DNA of 63,390 bases, counting the filler, from Phoronis australis (lineage: Eukaryota > Animalia > Phoronida): the NCBI GenBank assembly GCA_002633005.1. It is 7 parts of 7 records of this genome, joined end to end, with 100 filler letters (N's around TTAATTAATTAA, not from the genome) between each part and the next. Parts side by side here need not be neighbours in the genome. Positions count along the whole stretch, not along the records: positions 1 to 4,153 come from NMRA01002684.1; positions 4,254 to 8,429 come from NMRA01002676.1; positions 8,530 to 13,681 come from NMRA01000107.1; 4 more parts are not named here. The stretch is one strand, 5' to 3'. How positions within the stretch are numbered: the stretch's first letter is position 1; every line of letters begins with the position of its first letter. Shown piece by piece: positions 1-13,325 of this stretch. Made by a program: the position numbers and the translations under genes. The notes beneath the pieces were generated by a model that saw only the letters and a list, made by a program, of their open reading frames with translations, was not told the DNA's origin and made no database searches.

Positions 1-478
1 ATTTTCTTTTTAGCCAGCTCAACGGGGCAAAATGCAGCTCAATCAAATCACTGATGTTGGAAACGACTATTATCTTGAGTTGACACTAAGCGAGAGTATT
101 GACTTGAAACATTTTTGTTAAAGAAGTCAGTGAAATGGTGATTTTTATTGCTTGCTTCGTATAATTTATGTTAGATTTAAATCCAACCAGGCTAGACCCA
201 TTTTCTAGAACTTTACAATAATTACAACTGCTAATACCTCTCATACACTCTGTAATGTAGGATTATAATCTAAAGTGCCTACTTAAAATAAGCAGAATGG
301 GACCTACTAACCTCAGCTTAGCTATTCAGAAGGGGTGGCATTAATGTGAGAGGCATTCATTGCTGTTGGCAACGGAAAAAACAGTCTGCTCTGTGGTGGC
401 GCTCTTGTGCAGTGTCAGTTTATCCTGATGAATGTGGGCAAGGCTAAGAATCGACATTTGGGTCTGCGCCCGAATCAG

Positions 479-1150
479 TTTTATGCGCCCTCATATTTAT
501 TCTGTGGGTGGATATAAAGTTGTTGTTGTCTCTGTCTGACCATTCGCCATCCGCTGCTGTATCTCCCAAACGCCTTGTGGAATCGTATTGAGATTTGACT
601 GGTGTGTTCCGATAAAGTTGATGAAAGATGACAACGGGTTTTGTACTGATCTGAGCACTGCTGTGCTCCCTAGTGGCAATTTAATTGTTTATTTTTGCCT
701 CTGTATCTTACTTCTTCTTCTTCCAAAAACAACAAACGATCGTGGTATCGATCCTTGTTGGCGCATTGTTAGTCTAAAACTTAGGTGCACGTAACTGTGA
801 AAAATAACGATAAAACGAAGTGCTGGTTAGTGCCAAGATAAAAGGTCTTAATGATTACTGTGTAAGATTGATGTTCAAGATGTGACTTGTGAATATTTCT
901 ATTGTTTCTTATGAGATGTTGGATTTTCATGAATGTTGGCATATAGGTTACTATTATGAAGACAATGATTTCGTCTCAATTTGAGTTGGCCATTTTTGTT
1001 ATCTTTGATTCTCTTTTTTGCTTCTCTATCCTCCAAACTGCTGGAAGGATCACTAGGCAAATGATTTGTGTTCCTGCTGGGAAGTCTACAGCTGATGCTG
1101 ATTTTTGAACGAGCCTGACCTCTGCGGTGCTGCCAAGTGGCAATTTGCTT
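479..1150 (+). mobile_element. Degenerate HINE (Helentron-associated, DINE-1-like) copy, same family as 16599-18131
   Basis: Starts TTTTATGCGCCCTCATATTTAT..GTGGG, matching the family 5' end. Followed by GTCTCTGTCTG and GCTGCTGTATCTCCCAAAC, and core-repeat remnants with ..CCCTAGTGGCAAT (~668) and ..CCAAGTGGCAAT (~1133). The 3' end is not resolved. Confidence 0.65.
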
Positions 1151-1951
1151 TGGTATTCAATAGCACTTATATTGACATAAATACACTATAATTCAAATTC
1201 ACACCATAGACAACAATGACCTTGACACTAATGACAATTAATGCAGAAGGCGACCTCTAGGACGACTGCATTGTTGCCAGCACTACAATGCCACCATCTA
1301 CACCAGCATCCTCCAATAGTGGTGACAATGCTGAGGTATATCTGTGTCAAACAAAAAGAAGGTTTAGTAGCAAGTACACCAATTTGTCTCTAGAATTTCT
1401 TGCTGAAATCATATACGAGTGAACTATGTACAATTTGTTAATTCCGTGGAAATAAGAAGTGAAAAACAGACTGTAAACTAACTTTTTATTTATTATACAT
1501 ATGAAACAAATACATATATTTTATAAGTAGAGTGACACACCCTGACAGCTTGCCATCGTGACAAATAAATGTACAAAATATACAAGTTTTCATCTTACAA
1601 AATGTAGATTTTATTGAGACAAGAAGAACTTTTCATAGTTGATAATGAAATAAGAAAACTGACCACCAATTTGTGCAAAGTATAGAAAATTTTGAACTAA
1701 TGCAACAACACTCAAAGTGACAATTTCTCTCATATACGCCTGTTACAGAGTGAATGCATTGTTGTAGAGTGTCGTGAATTAAATTATTGTGACCTCCAAA
1801 TTTTTGGTAGAGAAGGCTCAGAATCTCTACTGGTATCCAATTAGCTACCAAGTCATTTTAGGCCCTGCGAATGTTGGAATTCTCTGAAGTTTCTTTCAAG
1901 AGTGCATTCGTGTGTCTAATATATGCCAAGATTTTTTGCTCTTGTTTTCAG

Positions 1952-2054
1952 TTTCCAGCAGGCAGACGTATGGGACCATGTGACTTCTACTGGCATTCTG
2001 GCTGTTTCTCAGACACCCAGGATCTTTATACAGGAAAAGTCAGCAAATTTCCAG
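1952..2054 (+). CDS. TTLL11: Tubulin polyglutamylase TTLL11, internal coding exon (FPAGRRMGPCDFYWHSGCFSDTQDLYTGKVSKFP-G)
   Basis: Polypyrimidine tract + CAG acceptor at 1949-1951, GTAGGA donor at 2055. The peptide resembles vertebrate TTLL11 FPFGRRLPCDIYWH...VNKFPG. The phase-1 end joins in frame to the 3185 exon (G|GC ATG). Confidence 0.9.
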
Positions 2055-3184
2055 GTAGGAGAGAATATCGTGCGGTCATGAATTATCAAAAAGTGGCAAA
2101 GTAGTTGCTGCAAACAGTTTTTCATTCACAGTTAAGGTGTGCTTTGAAAGCGGAAATGAATTAATTGTTGAGTCACAGTTGTCACTGCAACCACACCAAT
2201 GAGTCGGACATAATTACTATCCGTAACAAACTGCATCATAACTGGCAGGTTCTTACTGCATTAAATTAATTTCAGCGGCATAGCTGTGAAGTAAAGTGGT
2301 GGGGTTGCACTGTTGGCTTACACATTTATTTCACCACTGGATTGCTAGAAGCATGGCCGTTCCGGTCGCGATCTTCCCGGGCATTTTCTCTAGGCTGGGT
2401 TTGCTTCTTGCAAGCTTCATTTGTATATTACCATTTGGCGTATGAAAGGAGTTTTTTGAATACCTGATTGTTTAACCAATAATGATGTTCTGAAGGTCTT
2501 GCGTGTATTTTACGCAAAGTTTTCTTTAAGACTAATTTATGGTTGAACGGAGTGGTTTACTTTTCCCGACTTTAGTTTTTGACAGAGAAAGAAGTTATCA
2601 GTTCGTCACAACCGCTCCTCAAACAAAAACATGAAAACAAGTCGTCCAAAGGTTAAGTTGAAAAATCAATAACGCAGCTGATGTACTCTTGCCATAGTGA
2701 AGTATGTTCATTTATTTTGTATTTTACCTCGGTTATTTCCTAATGAAAAATTTATGTTGCTCAATTACCACTTCCGATACCCTATCGCTAATGGATATTA
2801 ATAAAAATGAGTCTTTTCCTAATCTCCGCATTGGCGTGTCTCGTTGTTCTTGTTAATCCGTCTGCATTACACTGTGATGCGTTGATTTACAAATCAGTGA
2901 AGGGATATGTTGACGTTATCGTGTGCATCAAAGTTAGCCATTATGTCAAAATTTTCTTTAAGACAATGAAAGTGTTGTTCGTTTTTAAATTTCAATTGGA
3001 CAAGATTAAAAATGCTTTATGAAATAGAATTTCAGATCACACGTTGCAACTTAACCTAATGTGAGTTGGTGACAATCTCTGGAGATCATTGTAGTCTGCA
3101 CGCAGCTCTTTATATGCTCTGCCATTTCCTGGGCTTCTTCTGAATATGGTTTTAGCTTTCCTCTGTATTTGTTTTTTGTTTTAG

Positions 3185-3882
3185 GCATGACTGAAGTCTC
3201 CCACAAAATCAGCCTTGCACGGGCTCTCAGCTGGATGAAATCCCTGTACCCAGAGCAATATGACTTCTTCCCACGGACTTGGCTTCTCCCGCAAGAATAC
3301 CATGAATTTTGTGCCGAAATCGAAATAGAGAAGCGCAACAATCCTAAACACAAATACACGTTCATTGTTAAGCCCAACGAGGGCTCTCAAGGCGATGGAA
3401 TTTATTTGATCCGTGAACCACGGGACTATCATCTGTGCTCACGTATGCATGTTGTGCAGGAATATGTGGCCAAACCGCTGCTTTTAGAGAAGCTGAAGTT
3501 TGATTTGCGTGTGTACGTGGTGTTGGTGTCCATAGATCCTGTACGAATATACATCTACAAGGAGGGGATGGCGAGATTCTGCACTATTCCTTACCAGACA
3601 CCCTCTAGTAAAAACATACGCGAGTCGTACATGCATCTGACGAACTATTCACTTAACAAGTACAGTAGCACATACAGCCACACTGACAACAAACACGATG
3701 GCAGTAAACGGACTCTTCGCAGTGTCTTCTTGCAAATGGAGCGATGTGGTTTCGATGCTACGAAAGCCTGGGAGGAAATTGAAAGGAGCACTGTGAAAAC
3801 AATACTTGCCATGATTCCTGAGCTAAGAATTGCGTATAATGCAGAGATTCCATCAGGAAAGCCTGGGCCTACATGTTTTCAG
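3185..3882 (+). CDS. TTLL11: Tubulin polyglutamylase TTLL11, large TTL-domain exon
   Basis: TTTTAG acceptor ending 3184, CAG|GTACAG donor at 3883. Translation has TTL motifs FFPRTWLLP, FIVKP..SQGDGIYLI, VVQEYV.KPLL..KLKFDLRVYV, MHLTNYSLN and the TTLL11-type end IPSGKPGPTCFQ. The first exon and downstream exons were not found in the window. Confidence 0.93.
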
Positions 3883-4153
3883 GTACAGTTACAGGGTGGC
3901 GCTGTTGTTTTGCAATTTGCAGTGAAGTCAGCATTTCTTAAAAATGCGCCAACAACTGCGCAAATAAGCTCTCTTGTATTTATTATGAAGAATGCACTTG
4001 TTTTTGTGATTTGTTAAAACTGCCGTTTTTAGCTGGCTAAAAACTAACATGGATTGAGCATTTTGTTCTCATGAAATCAGCCATTTTTCCTTACGGTGAT
4101 AAGATTCTATTTCTGTTTTAACAGAAACAGAATTTTATCAAAGAAAGAAATAT

Positions 4154-4253
4154 NNNNNNNNNNNNNNNNNNNNNNNNNNNNNNNNNNNNNNNNNNNNTTA
4201 ATTAATTAANNNNNNNNNNNNNNNNNNNNNNNNNNNNNNNNNNNNNNNNNNNN
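4154..4253. other. Artificial contig spacer (N44-TTAATTAATTAA-N44)
   Basis: The same 100-nt construct recurs at 8430-8529, 13682-13781, 23480-23579, 48281-48380 and 61203-61302. The 12-mer gives stops in all six frames. Confidence 0.97.
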
Positions 4254-4986
4254 TGACTAGCTGTGTTGTCTCAAGGTAAGTTCGGTGCTTACGTGCGGAA
4301 AGTCCTGCTGTTATTTATAAACATTTGACTGACAAGTTTCATTATTATAACTTCACAGTGTATTTATTAGATTCTAACTTCAACGTTTGTTACGAAAGTT
4401 GAATGCAATTTACAATTGTCAAGTTTAGAATAAAAATTATCAACAAAAACTAATTGGGTTTATTGTACATTGCGCAAGCATGTTTTTACAAAATTTGTGT
4501 CACGTGGTTGAAACTTTTAGACACGTCGAGTTTTTCGGCAAAAAAAATGTTTTTTACGGTTCGTGTATCTTGTACAGTTACGAGAATTAATTGAATGAAT
4601 GACGGCATTGAAGTACCTCCTAACCAGGAATAAATTACCAGGAAGGGGCAAATGTGATTTAAAAAGGAACTTTTCAAGTTGTCAGCAATCCAAGCACTTG
4701 ATTTATTTTGAAGTCTTCACGCATAAACAACTCCAATTCGATCCTTGAAGATCGCATATTAGTGACCCTGGGGTGCACACTCATGGCCGCCGGCCCAATG
4801 GTATATTCCACCTGAAAAAAAAACAAAATACACAAAATAAGATAGCTTTCACGTTGGTAGAAATGGCCTACCGCTGGACGGGGGTTTCATATCTCGGACT
4901 CGAGCAGGGTCAAATATGGGTCTCTTTCAGTTGCCTTCAACCAGAGTTGTCCTCAATTTCTGACCGTCTCCAACACACCATATAGA

Positions 4987-5576
4987 ATACTACAAGGTAT
5001 GGCACTCCGGACTATAAATTCCACGGGTGCTTCACTTCATAGCCGTCCATAGCATGCACAAAACTCTATAAATTTACACAAAACAGGCGGAATTGTTCTT
5101 TCTGCCAATACCATTTACAGTGTCCTGCTGTTCGCAACAAATTCGCGGACAAAGCACAAAAATCTTCTCAAAAAGTCGCTGTGTACTACCAATATGCTTC
5201 ACGCGGTCAAGGTCAAGTAGGGTACGGAATAATCCGATGAGTTACGAATCGACGGCAATTGCCGGTTCATCACGGAAGGTTACGAAATGGTCTGGTGTGT
5301 TATTGATGTCGTGACCTTCCGTGGTAAACCGGCAATTTCCGTGTAGCATATTGCTGGTACGCAGCGATTTTTAGGAAGATTTTTTAGCTTTGACCGCGAA
5401 TTTGTTGCGAACTCCGTAAAGCTGGACGCTGTAAATGGTATTGCGAGAAAGAGCAATTCCTCGTGGTTTGTTGAACCTCTGTTTTTTGAAAATTTATTGA
5501 GTTTTGTGTTTTCTATTGACGGCTGAAATGAAGCACCCGTGGAATTTCTAGCCCGGAGTGTCATACCTTGTAGTAT
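4987..5576. mobile_element. Foldback-type MITE (nearly whole-length inverted repeat)
   Basis: ATACTACAAGGTATGGCACTCCGG..AAATTCCACGGGTGCTTCA at left is the reverse complement of TGAAGCACCCGTGGAATTT..CCGGAGTGTCATACCTTGTAGTAT at right. The arms continue imperfectly to a centre near 5285-5305. Confidence 0.85.
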
Positions 5577-7059
5577 ATAGATGTATATATAGTGTATTAG
5601 GGACGATCAGAAGCTGAGGACGCCTGTGCCTTCAACAAGTGATGAATGATCATGTGCAAAAAAAATCAGTGCAGGTGAGAAAACTTTCGTCGAGGAATCT
5701 TTTAGTTCCCCTAGAGAACATCCGCCAGGAACTCACAAAATAAGTTTCATTCACTCAGACACAGTGCTGCGAAAAGGTTATTAATTTAAATTTCTTCAAA
5801 GTTTATAATTTTCAATTGCTCCAAGCTCAGCGGCTCCGCTTCCTTGGCATGTGCGGCCGAGACTCCACAAAAGCTTACTTGAAAGCCCAATTTCGACTAT
5901 AATTCTTCATGAGGAACCTGCATCCCTTTCCCTAGTCGGCCTGAATATGAGCCCTGAGCACGCTTATTATTTTTTAATGACTTATCACTAAATGTTCGTT
6001 ATAAAATGAAATTGGGTACAATAATAATTCGACAAAATAAATCCAACGTATAGAAGTATCAGTATCTTGAATTTCCGATTTCATGGCCGAAGCGTTCCCG
6101 TTCGGACAATCTTGATACTTCTTGGGGTTGAGTGTCAGTCCTTCCTGAGCCCACAGATTATTTCTAAACTATACGTACGGAATAAGATGAAACTACTTTT
6201 ATACCGATTATTGGCCTAAATTAATGTTTTACAGAAAACACGGGTTTAATGCCTCTTTAACAAATACTCGTCAGTAATTCAAAAAACATTTCCTAAACCC
6301 TCCAGACTCTGAGCTGTTGCTATCAACTAACTAAAGATTCTACCATGCAATAAACTGTTTTAAAGGAGAAGACAACCTTTTTCATGTCATTTTTAGTAAA
6401 AATACAGTCCGTTGGTTATCCCAGACATATTTTTCAGTTAATAACGGCTTCCCGACATTTAGGCCATAGTCCCAGCTCTCCTATCTTTCACCTCCGTGGC
6501 TACTTTTGGGGGGCAACGGGAACTTTGCATTAAACCCATCTACAGATGTTCAAAAGTCAATTTCATAAAAGTTCCCAAGAATACACTTGCACGTTTAGTT
6601 ATAATTATAATTTAAAAGTTGAAAAAATAGCCTAAACTAATATGTTAGCCACCAGGTGTCAGTGCAAAATGATCAGAGCAGCCAATCAACTGCCAGGAAA
6701 GTTTTGTGTCCGTATCTTTCCCATTCCCAAGTTGTCTGCTTCATGAAAGCGTTCATCAGTGACTTGGCTAACTTGTTTACAGCCACTGTCTACATTGAAA
6801 AGTGTTAATTCTTGAGTGAGTGTGCAAGTAATTGGCAATTACCAAGGGTTAAGGCTCTGTAAAAAAGCAGGCAGTAGTTGGAATTGAGGAAAGCCAAGTC
6901 AAGTGACAAGTGTCATCATACTGACATACATACAATTCTTGGCATGTTCCTGAATCATTTTGTGCTTCCGCAAACAGAAGTTTTGGGCCAGCTAGGAAGG
7001 ACATTGCTTAAAGCCATGAATTATTGAATGAGTGTGCGACTTCACAGGAGATTGGCAAG

Positions 7060-8429
7060 ATGTCTGCTCCTTGTTGCATTCATGTCTCAGATTGCGCTCA
7101 AAATTCTGAGCTCCAGGAATTTTCAGATATTACGTGGACTAAGGCTACTGCAAACAAATGGATCAACATTGAGTATAAGAAAAGTATTATTGCTGAGAAG
7201 TTTTTAAGTTTTTGTGGAAAAACAGCTATTCTATCACAATTAGTATTACAGACACTTAATGGATGTATCAAAAATCGAAACGGCTCTTAAAAAATGAAAA
7301 AGACCAAACTGATGAGGGAAACGATGTTGAACCTATTAACAGTGCTCAAAGAAATGTATATGTGTTGCCACCACAATGTATCATTTGCCGCAAACTAAAG
7401 TCCATCACAGAGAAGTTCACAAACAAAAGGAAACTTGAAAAGCTATCCCATTTCCAAACATTCATTTGTAACTAGGCTTACCTATTCTTAATTCGAAAAA
7501 CCATCATTTATGGTAAAAACTCTTTGGTTTAGGACAGAGAAAAAAGAATTAGTTTGCTTGATGAATTTACAGCATTAGCCGTCCCAATCTCAAATATATT
7601 GGCTGTAGTCTTTACCTGCATGTGAGTGATCAGTTCTGCTCTTTAGGAACTTCCAGCCTATTTTCTGACCCTTTTATGTAAAAACGAGCTGTGTTTGGAA
7701 TTTGAGAAATATATAAATGCAAATATTGCCTGTGTTCTTAATTCATTATTTTGAAACTTCAAATTTTGCCCAGATTTCAGTGTGTCACATTTTAAAGATT
7801 CTTGAATTGGAGAATTTTAAGTGTAGGAAAATTTTTACTCTTCCAATTATGTGTTATCTAAAACAGGAAGCCTCAAAAGAAATTTGTGTCGACGCTTTTC
7901 AATTTCACACAAAAACTACTGCCAAAATGACCATTCCTCAATTTTTAAAGGTTGAACTACGGTATTAAGGATGATGAAAATTTTTCTATGTCTTAGATTG
8001 GCAACTCTCCAGTGCAATCAATGCTAGTAATGTTGCTCATTTCTCTTAATGCTTACTTTTGCTGAGCACTTGACAAAATAAAATTTCACTTGTTGGCCAT
8101 GCTGTGCCAAAGTGAAGAGCATTTTGGTTTTCTGTCTTAGTAAAAAGGATTACTGTAACAAGGCTGAAGTGTTTAGATGAAACGCTATTCAGGTTGACAA
8201 AAATTTATTCCGGGTAGGGTGCAGGCTTGCAGAGATATTTTTAAACTTTGTCATTAAAGTTGGGTTCAACATTACCTTGCGTTTCCTGGTCAACTCTTGG
8301 AAGACATTGAACAGTTTGTATGCAAGCTGTACGGCGACTCATCATCAACAGCTAACAAAGCACGCTACCACATATTCAGGTTGAAATATGTGATGGAATC
8401 ATCTCTGCCTCCTAATCATGATTGTTTGC
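7060..8429 (+). pseudogene. Degraded DNA-transposase remnant, probably Academ (XPG-type)
   Basis: Fragments PCCIHVSD..LQEFSDITWTKA, CYQK..LPPQCIICRKLK and EDIEQFVCKLYG..NKARYHIF..SLPPNHDCL match my recollection of N- and C-terminal Academ transposase motifs. Frameshifted, heavily deleted, and cut by the spacer. Confidence 0.5.
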
Positions 8430-8613
8430 NNNNNNNNNNNNNNNNNNNNNNNNNNNNNNNNNNNNNNNNNNNNTTAATTAATTAANNNNNNNNNNNNNNN
8501 NNNNNNNNNNNNNNNNNNNNNNNNNNNNNGCATGATGCCCAAACGTGTCTATTTCAGCGGCGACAGGCGTGTTCACACGACATCAGATGATTCTCCCAAC
8601 ATTGTAGCAGCTA

Positions 8614-8762
8614 CAGGGGCGGATCGAGGATATTGGAGTTAGTGGGGCCAGGGCAAAATATTAGCCAGGATTTTGCCCGTCAGATATTTGTACCTCCCAA
8701 GTGCCAAATGGCATCTGGGGGGGGGGGACATGGCCCCTTGCCCCCCTCTAAATCCGCCACTG
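8614..8762. mobile_element. Short GC-rich MITE with CAGGGGCGGAT...ATCCGCCACTG TIRs (hAT-like)
   Basis: TIRs visible. Related elements or ends at 11499-11642, 31316-31615, 61303-61312 and 63345-63390. No clean 8-bp TSD seen. Confidence 0.7.
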
Positions 8763-10753
8763 CCGGAGCTAAACCAGAGTCCGATGCAGGAGATATCAGA
8801 GCCAAAGATTTCAATACCGTCTCGCTACAAGGACTTTAGACACCAACTCAATAACACACTCATATACATTTACATATTTACTTAGCAACTACAAGCTCAA
8901 GTTATTATTTTATTGTTTTGCAACCCTGTTTGGTAAAAGAGGGGGGAGTGTCGTATATGTAGCCCAGTCATATATTCCTGTGAATGAGAAGTCCTCTCAG
9001 TGTTTAATTTCAATATAAATCCATTGACTTAAACCTACTGTATTCATTGTCACCTCACTAGTCTAATCCGTCCAACATTACTTCACTCACTCGGCGAGAC
9101 TTTCAATAATAAGAATTCTCACTGAGTCGTGGGAATGCGATGATTCTCATTGCATGCCCATTGAAATATCACTGTATGGTCTGACCAGAGACTAGAGTGA
9201 GATTTTTTCTCACCAATTTGAATGGCATCTCACTTACTTTCAGGAGGAAAATTCCCTTAATTTTTTCGTAAGGGTTGTCGTTAGCACACATTTTGATTTC
9301 GAACCGAGACCGCGTGAGAAATGGTCGCGAGCGGCCAGTCATTGCCACTGACTGCTGGCCGGGTATGCCTGTGTACGACGAAATGAGAGAAGAAACACCA
9401 CTCGGGTGCATTAGACAGGTAAACTGTCCTTAAAGAACTATGTCAGTACAGGGTGTGCACAACTATATCGACAAGTCGTCACATACCATTAGAAAACCAT
9501 GTTCCACGACAGGCATCAAATCAACAGACATTAGCGGTAACCCGGAAATTAACCAACTCGGAAATGCGGTGGAAGAGACCTCTGGTGGATGTTTTAGAAA
9601 CAGTCAGTCATTTGTGCGTCAACACAGTTCGATTGAGCAGCGCCGGGCTTCTGGTTCGGCGCAGTTCGGTTTAGTCGCCTGGGCATTCCGGCTACCCGAG
9701 TTCGATATTGATTTTGTAAAGATGTATAGTTTGGATTCCTGCAATTGACGTTACAATCACTCATGCGTCGAATGAGAACGTCACGGTCAAATGCACGTAA
9801 TGAGGGCGGTTGGCAAGTGCGCCTGGCGGCGCCTGGGTTGTCCCGGCACGGTTAGCTGATTTGGAGTAGAACACAACCGGCCTTAGCCAAGGGCGTAGGC
9901 TGGTACCAGAGATGAAAATATAATTTTAATTGCGAATTAATTTTTCAAAACTTTTTTCGTGAATATACTCGTGCGTACTGAGTTCAAGAGTGTACGTCGG
10001 ACTGACAGTAGGCCTACGTTACTTAGTGTTGGCGAGTCGATGTTACACATTCAGTTCACAAGGACAAAAGCGTTTAGACAGAGTTGTAACAGACTAGTGC
10101 CATTCTTGAATGCAACTGTCAGAAAACTCACAATGTAGATGACACAATACAGCTCCAAGCCAGGCCCATTCATACGGTTTGGCACAGGGCGTAATTAATT
10201 TCGGTGCCAAGGTAGTGTGGCCATCAGATGAATTCCTCTCAATTGAGTATAACCACTAACGTTGCTGTTGAATAGCAAACACGCAAAAGAAATATCAAAA
10301 CTGCAGCTGTGTATTTTTGGACCCTAGTAGTCCGATGTGATGGAAGCAGTTCCCATTGTATATGCTTTCCAAAACTCAACAAAAAATAAAAAATAGTCAA
10401 GTTAGTGATTTTTTTTAATTTTCACGACATTTCAATGAGTCAAGTAACACCAGTGTGAAATTTTGGAATACGTTTTTCTAACATACATATGGGACGAACG
10501 TACTGACACCACTAAGCACTCATCCAAGCTCGCCCCGGCGAATCTGGCCTGCGCACGCACAACATGTTTATTTCGCGCAGGCTAGTTTCCTCTCCAGGAC
10601 ATTTTCCACGTTACGTCTCATGGACATATTTCTTTGCTCGTGCACTGGCTGACCAACCTACTCTCGCACATAACTGCTTGCCTGACGGACAGGAAAGCTA
10701 TTCAATATTGTTGCACACTGAGTGCTCCTTCTACGCGCCGCTTTGCATAAACT

Positions 10754-10828
10754 CATATAAAATCTCTTCACTCTAATTAATTATGAAAAGCATATAAAAT
10801 CTCTTCACTCTAATTAATTATGAAAAGC
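10754..10828. repeat. 37-bp perfect tandem duplication
   Basis: CATATAAAATCTCTTCACTCTAATTAATTATGAAAAG occurs twice in a row. Confidence 0.9.
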
Positions 10829-11498
10829 CTAATAGGCGATGGCCGCTTTTCGATTATTTATTTTAAACGTAATGATTTTGCAACCACTTTCTTTAATGCA
10901 AAAAAAGGAAAATACAGTTTAACGTACTGAAATGAAGTTGTAAAAGTTTAAGTTACGGTGAAGTATGATTGAACTCCCTTTGTGAGCTCCCATGTGAGCC
11001 CTATATGATAGTTCTATGATGTGGATTGTCCTCAGTCATCTCGTGATCCCGTGATAAACAGAGTCGATAATTTGATATTTTTTTCCGCACTGAAACTTAT
11101 AAACTGGAGAGCATTCACAGTGTGTTGTAAAAAACGAGGCCGACAATTTATTTTTGATTTTGCAACATTCAAATAACTTATTAAAACGCACGAAAATTGT
11201 GTACCCCTGTATAGTGACCTCTATTATGGGCGATTTTCTCCGTGAGTCAGTCGGGAACTCTAGCATCGTCGGGCAGAGATTAATGTGCGCGAGCAAAGAA
11301 ATAATTTGCGTGATACAAGAAAGGTGGTCCGGGAGGGTGACATGTATAAATGAGAGGACAATATCGTGCGCAGGAGAAGAGGCCCGGTAAACACTCAGTT
11401 TGGCTTAATCAGTAGCCGACATAGGCCAACTGGGGCACTGATGCAAGACTATTTCAACTTATCGATTCAAATCGGAAAGCTTGCTAAATGAGCTTCCT

Positions 11499-11642
11499 CA
11501 TGGGCGGGCGCAGCACTGAAAAAAGTGGGGGCCAAAGCCCCCTCAGCCCCCCGTGGTTCACCGCCTATAGACCATGTGCGGCGTAGCACTCAAGAAAGTG
11601 GGGGGCTACAACCCCCCAGCCCGCTATGGTGCGCCGCCCATG
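11499..11642. mobile_element. Short GC-rich MITE (CATGGGCGG...CCGCCCATG), with an internal duplicated module
   Basis: Terminal inverted repeat plus two internal AAAGTGGGGG(G)C..AGCCCC modules. Confidence 0.6.
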
Positions 11643-12032
11643 TTTCTTTCTAGTGATCACCTGTAATACAACACGACCTATGTGATGTTATCTGGCTCTA
11701 TTTACAAAATGTAATAAGTTTACTATTTTTAACTCCAGTATTGTACAGTTATGTGTTCAGTCGTAGTTGTTATCCACAGCTACTGTAACCACTGTCTTGT
11801 CTTCACCTACATGTTGCATTGTGTGAGTAAACAGTATGGGTATCTAGTATACCTCCGACCTGATCAGAATTGGTGATCCTTTTACATATTGCCTTCTTGG
11901 AGTTTTTACCACAACTTATGTTATGCTTCGTATAACAACTCATTATAACAATGTGTTGTGAACAAAAACTGAGCTGCACAAAAATGAACGTTTGATAATA
12001 TTGTCATCACATTTAGTGCTTTTTTGTGAATG

Positions 12033-12040
12033 AAGAAAAA
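12033..12040 (-). terminator. Pol III terminator of tRNA-Arg
   Basis: TTTTT run 4 nt downstream of the tRNA 3' end on the minus strand. Confidence 0.75.
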
Positions 12041-12044
12041 GTTG

Positions 12045-12117
12045 CGACCCCGGCAGGACTCGAACCTGCAATCTTCTGATCCGAAGTCAGACGCCTTGTC
12101 CATTAGGCCACGAGGTC
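12045..12117 (-). tRNA. tRNA-Arg (anticodon TCG)
   Basis: Minus strand reads GACCTCGTGGCCTAATGGACAAGGCGTCTGACTTCGGATCAGAAGATTGCAGGTTCGAGTCCTGCCGGGGTCG (73 nt). Full cloverleaf, A and B boxes, anticodon loop CT-TCG-GA. Confidence 0.97.
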
Positions 12118-13325
12118 CTACGATGAATGGAGGTCATTTTTAATCTATTAATACTGTGTATCTACTTTCACTGGCTCGCTTTTATTAGTTTGAAAAATTT
12201 CATTATTTTTTGGTATTTATTGGTAGTTATATTTCTACCGTATAACACTACAACATAAATTTTACACGATGTTTGACAATGAAGTAAGATAAACTAATCG
12301 TCAAATACCCAGTCACAAAAGCGTCACCTTTTGACGGTAGACTGACTATTTTTGCTGCAAAATAACTTTGCTTGCAAAACCGCGCCCAAAACTGTGCTCA
12401 GTTTACTTTGTAATTCAGTAAGTATTCTGGTATTTTTCTTGGATGTATTAACTGCAAAAGAATAGATTTATTTCTTATTGTGGATTGCATTAATGTAACC
12501 TTCCGACCGAGGTTGAAGGACGGGACCAGAGCCATGCGGCAAGACTCTTGCCTGGCCAGACGGATTGACCTCCTGTCAAACTGGCAAGACGAGACAAGTG
12601 AAGTTCAAATTGAATTTGGCGCGCCTTGAAGTTGCACACCAACACTTGCACACACACAGATTTGTCAGAATTGCCAAAACTGGATCTCCAGTTGGGGTCA
12701 TACTCGTTGGTTTGGCTAGGTACGGGTCACCCTACGTAGTGTGCTACCGTGCTGGTGTCGTCCGCTCGCCAGGTTGATGTCTGATGAAAGCCAACCACCT
12801 GCCATGCGCCGATGGTGGGCACGAGTCGGATATTTGAAAATAATGGACCCTGATTTAGGGAACAAGGCACTCACGGAATCACGAGCCTGTTGCTGAGTGG
12901 ATGGAACTGGTTCTCTTTGGTCCACCACCTCCAACCCCAGAGTAAATTTGCAGCGCCGTGACTCTTCCGACGCGTCCAGTATGAATGTCCAGTTGCCGAT
13001 TTCCACAACTGAATGAAGGACTGCTAAAAAGTTTGATTACAAGAGTATTTGTTCGAGTTAAAAGGAATTAACGACTTTCAAGGTGTCCCTCTATGTGCGA
13101 AAGGTACTCATATGATGATGTACCTTTGTACAGCAGTGAGGCATAATTCGCCGAAAAGCTTCTGCAGTAATTGGCTTTATAGAGTTCTTGATAGTTCTCT
13201 GTAATTTTGATGGTATTATTTCAGTAAATGCTATTTCAAAATTCTAGTAGCTGTATAGTCAACAGACATACATATCATTAACTAGGCAATTACATCGCCT
13301 GTGGAAGCCAGTGCGACGTCGACAG

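Noticed and set aside
3883-4017. C-terminal extension of the 282-aa ORF (VQLQGGAVV...)
   Set aside because: Read-through into the intron after the GT donor at 3883. The ORF start 3169-3184 is likewise the acceptor tract.
4198-4209. TTAATTAATTAA palindrome recurring six times
   Set aside because: Always centred in N runs; it is an assembly linker, not a genomic motif.
11921-12103. 60-aa ORF MDKASDFGSEDCRFESCRGR
   Set aside because: Spurious translation of the tRNA-Arg gene.
12494-13041. Possible solo LTR (TGTAAC...ATTACA)
   Set aside because: No matching TSD and no second copy or internal sequence, so it cannot be supported.
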